From Phycisphaera mikurensis NBRC 102666 (GTDB taxonomy: Bacteria > Planctomycetota > Phycisphaerae > Phycisphaerales > SM1A02): a stretch of 64,000 nt of DNA. The translations under genes were made by a program, and so were the position numbers. Below are positions 61,762 through 64,000 of the stretch, one piece after another. Below the pieces are notes generated by a model, which saw only the letters and a program-made list of their open reading frames with translations, was not told the DNA's origin and did no database searches. The DNA is taken from assembly GCA_945878575.1 (NCBI GenBank), contig CAMDUB010000009.1, positions 87-64,086 on the forward strand. The letters run 5' to 3'. Position 1 is the stretch's first letter. Each line of letters starts with the position of its first letter.

Positions 61762-64000
61762 TCGCCATCGTGATGACCGTAGCTGCACTGGTTGCACAAG
61801 CGCCCGCGCCGGACGGCATTGATGCGCTGGCCGCTGCAACTGAAGTCGCTCGCGTCGAGGCACGGCGCCCGTACACCACATCGGTCGCGGCAACCGCGGC
61901 ATGGACCCGCCTGGAACGCTTGCGTGGACCACTCCTTGAGTCAGACGATCCGCGCTGCGCTGCATGGCTTGCTGATGCCGCGGAAGACGCCATCACACTT
62001 GGCCTCGCCATTGATGGCTGCGGTGTGGCAACCATCGTTGGTATTCCAACACCCGAACAGCGCGAACGCTGCACCGCACTGCTGCGCAACGCACTGACGT
62101 GGACGCGCGCCGCTGAACGCTCGGCACGCGCAGCGATCGCAGCGGGTACGGTCACTCCGGAACTGGCCACCCGACTGGACGCGGTGGAACTTGCGCAACG
62201 AATTCCCCTGATCCGCGCCTGCGCTGCAGTCCTTGCGGGTTGGTCAGGGGCACTGCCAGAAACGGATGCAGCAGCAATCATCGAGAGCGCCGCGACGCGC
62301 CTTGCCGCCATGCGCGGTGCACTTTCCGGGAATGCGCGCACCCTTGCCGATGCCTGCTGCGGCCTAGGTTTAGCGCGTATTGGTCGCCACGCCGAAGCGG
62401 ACGCCGTGCTGGCACCCCTTGCTGCCAACCCCGCTGTAGAACCGGTGTTCCGCATTCTTGCCATCACTGCACTTGCAGAGAACGCCGCGGCAAACGCCAG
62501 TGGCCGTCGCCGCGCGCTCGACGCGCTCCGCGCGCGATATGGCGCTGCACTTGACGATGACTCGCGCCTCTTGCTGGGTGACCTCGACTTTCGTCTCGCC
62601 CGTGCCGCGGCAGCGGATGCCACCAGCACCGCAACGCCTGGTGCGCCCGGCCCGGCACCGGCGTGGCGCGGATGGCTCGACGCCGTTGCGACCACTCCGC
62701 CCGCACGCCGCACCGCCGTGCGTGCGGCAGCGCTGGCGCGGATCGCGCAACATGCGGGCAGCATGGATGACCCCGTGGTGCGTGTAGCGCGCGCGTTGGC
62801 GGCGAGTAGCAGTAGTGATGGTCGCGCGGCCGGCACGGCGCTGCTTCGCGCTGCGCTTGCTGACCCGGCTCTTGATGCGGGCGTCCGCACACTGGCCATG
62901 CTGGAACTCGGTCGCGCAGAACTTCTCTTGGGCCATCCGTCCGAAGGCGCCACGGCGCTCCTTGAGTTTGCGCAGGCGTATCCCTCGGAGCCGGTCTCGC
63001 GTCATGCGATTGATGCGGCGGTTGCAGCAGCGCGCGGAACTGGCGATTCCGTGCTGTTTGCACGGGTTCTTGCCACCGCCGTCGCGCGGTTCCCAGATCA
63101 CCCAGACCATGCGGCGTGGCGAGTTGAGCAGTCCGCGTTGGTGCTATCCAGTGACACTGCGGTGGAGTCGCGCGAATCGCCAGCGCGGCGCGCGGCACTT
63201 GCACTCGACGGCCTCGATCGTGCCGATCGTTCCGGCGTGACCGACCCCGCATTGCGCGCTGACTTAGCCATTGCAGCCGCCGATGCACTGAATGACGAAG
63301 TGCGCGCTGATGCAGCCCTTGAAGCACTGGACCGCGCGCGCCCACTGCCAGGAACTGTGCTGCCTGAAGCGGTTCGACAACGTCTGCTTGAAGAACGTAT
63401 TCGTGCACTGGTACTGGCCACGCGGTCCATTGAAATGGACCGCACCGTAGCCGAAGCAACTGCAGCGGATGCCAACGGTACTGCCGACGCCGCGGCGCGC
63501 GTCTTACGCAGAATGTCCGCTGCTGACCTGGGCAGTGTTGCCGCAGCGGCGGTTGATGAACAACAGATTGCGCGCATCGCGCGATTGGCTGATGCCACCA
63601 TGCACTTATCCGCTCCAACCCCTGAACGCGATGAGATTCTTGCGCGCGCATTCATTGTGGCCCGGATGCATGACTCCGCACAGGCTGCCGCACGACGCGC
63701 CATTGCTGCGCGCGGCGATCGCGCCGACCTCACGCTTGCCCTCGCTGAATCACTGTGGGGAATCGGCGGAGACGCTGCGCTCGCTGAGGCGTTTGCACTC
63801 TATGAACAGGTGTCCCGGGCAGTGCCAGAGCAGTCGCCCGCGTGGTGGTTATGCCAAACGCGTCGCCTGCAGATTCTTGACCGAGTGAGTCGATCGACCG
63901 AGGCAATTGCTCCAAAGGTTGCTCGACTCAAGGCCATTGACCCAGCCCTGGGCGGTCCGGCGTTTGCAGCAAGCATGCTTGAAGTTGCCGCGCGACATGA
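61758..64000 (+). CDS. Large Ala/Leu-rich helical-repeat (TPR-like) protein, 3' end outside the window
   Basis: Absent from the ORF track because it has no stop. The GTG at 61758 overlaps the ExbD stop (GTGA). My translation gives VIAIVMTVAALVAQAPAP... and stays open to nt 64000 with amphipathic helical-repeat character. The long minus-strand ORFs here are antisense shadows. Confidence 0.55.
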   Translation, partial: MIAIVMTVAALVAQAPAPDGIDALAAATEVARVEARRPYTTSVAATAAWTRLERLRGPLLESDDPRCAAWLADAAEDAITLGLAIDGCGVATIVGIPTPEQRERCTALLRNALTWTRAAERSARAAIAAGTVTPELATRLDAVELAQRIPLIRACAAVLAGWSGALPETDAAAIIESAATRLAAMRGALSGNARTLADACCGLGLARIGRHAEADAVLAPLAANPAVEPVFRILAITALAENAAANASGRRRALDALRARYGAALDDDSRLLLGDLDFRLARAAAADATSTATPGAPGPAPAWRGWLDAVATTPPARRTAVRAAALARIAQHAGSMDDPVVRVARALAASSSSDGRAAGTALLRAALADPALDAGVRTLAMLELGRAELLLGHPSEGATALLEFAQAYPSEPVSRHAIDAAVAAARGTGDSVLFARVLATAVARFPDHPDHAAWRVEQSALVLSSDTAVESRESPARRAALALDGLDRADRSGVTDPALRADLAIAAADALNDEVRADAALEALDRARPLPGTVLPEAVRQRLLEERIRALVLATRSIEMDRTVAEATAADANGTADAAARVLRRMSAADLGSVAAAAVDEQQIARIARLADATMHLSAPTPERDEILARAFIVARMHDSAQAAARRAIAARGDRADLTLALAESLWGIGGDAALAEAFALYEQVSRAVPEQSPAWWLCQTRRLQILDRVSRSTEAIAPKVARLKAIDPALGGPAFAASMLEVAARH

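Overview
GC-rich bacterial chromosomal segment. PEP-CTERM tails, dockerin/EF-hand-like repeats, an RCC1-repeat protein, an ECF sigma factor coupled to a Ser/Thr kinase and a squalene-hopene cyclase suggest a Planctomycetota/Phycisphaerae-like (PVC) organism; this is inference only. I support about 55 CDS and one tRNA-Leu(UAG), and see no rRNA, CRISPR array, transposase, integrase or phage genes. Most genes are housekeeping: a UvrD-like helicase, dcd, B12-dependent nrdJ, a split methylmalonyl-CoA mutase with a B12-domain/MeaB fusion, prpD, fbp, a thiolase, nadB, shc, metH, rpsA, a nuoG-like gene, fabF, a class II DAHP synthase, an ABC-2 exporter and ExbB/ExbD/ExbD. Many ORF-track starts look too far upstream, so I propose shorter starts where a signal peptide, start/stop overlap, tRNA or terminator supports it. 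The most unusual content is noncoding. (1) A 180-nt core sequence occurs twice with 3 substitutions, in direct orientation on either side of the RCC1/dockerin gene, and is predicted to fold into a closed multi-helix structure. (2) A small palindromic element with core GGTGAACGGCACCTATTTA occurs at 12.4, 19.6 and 50.2 kb. (3) Four copies of a ~30-nt unit form nested inverted repeats at 14.7 kb. (4) An exact 19-nt x6 tandem array lies just upstream of a secreted-protein gene. (5) Long structured intergenic regions lie at 7.1-7.6, 43.1-43.6 and 44.2-44.45 kb, and I could not assign them to known RNA families by eye. Coding oddities include a ketosynthase paired with a partner lacking the catalytic triad, a TonB-like protein with a VWA-like domain next to ExbB/ExbD/ExbD and a large helical-repeat protein, and 5'-truncated lectin/dockerin and PEP-CTERM genes. 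All calls come from reading the sequence, motif recognition and manual alignment. No searches were run.
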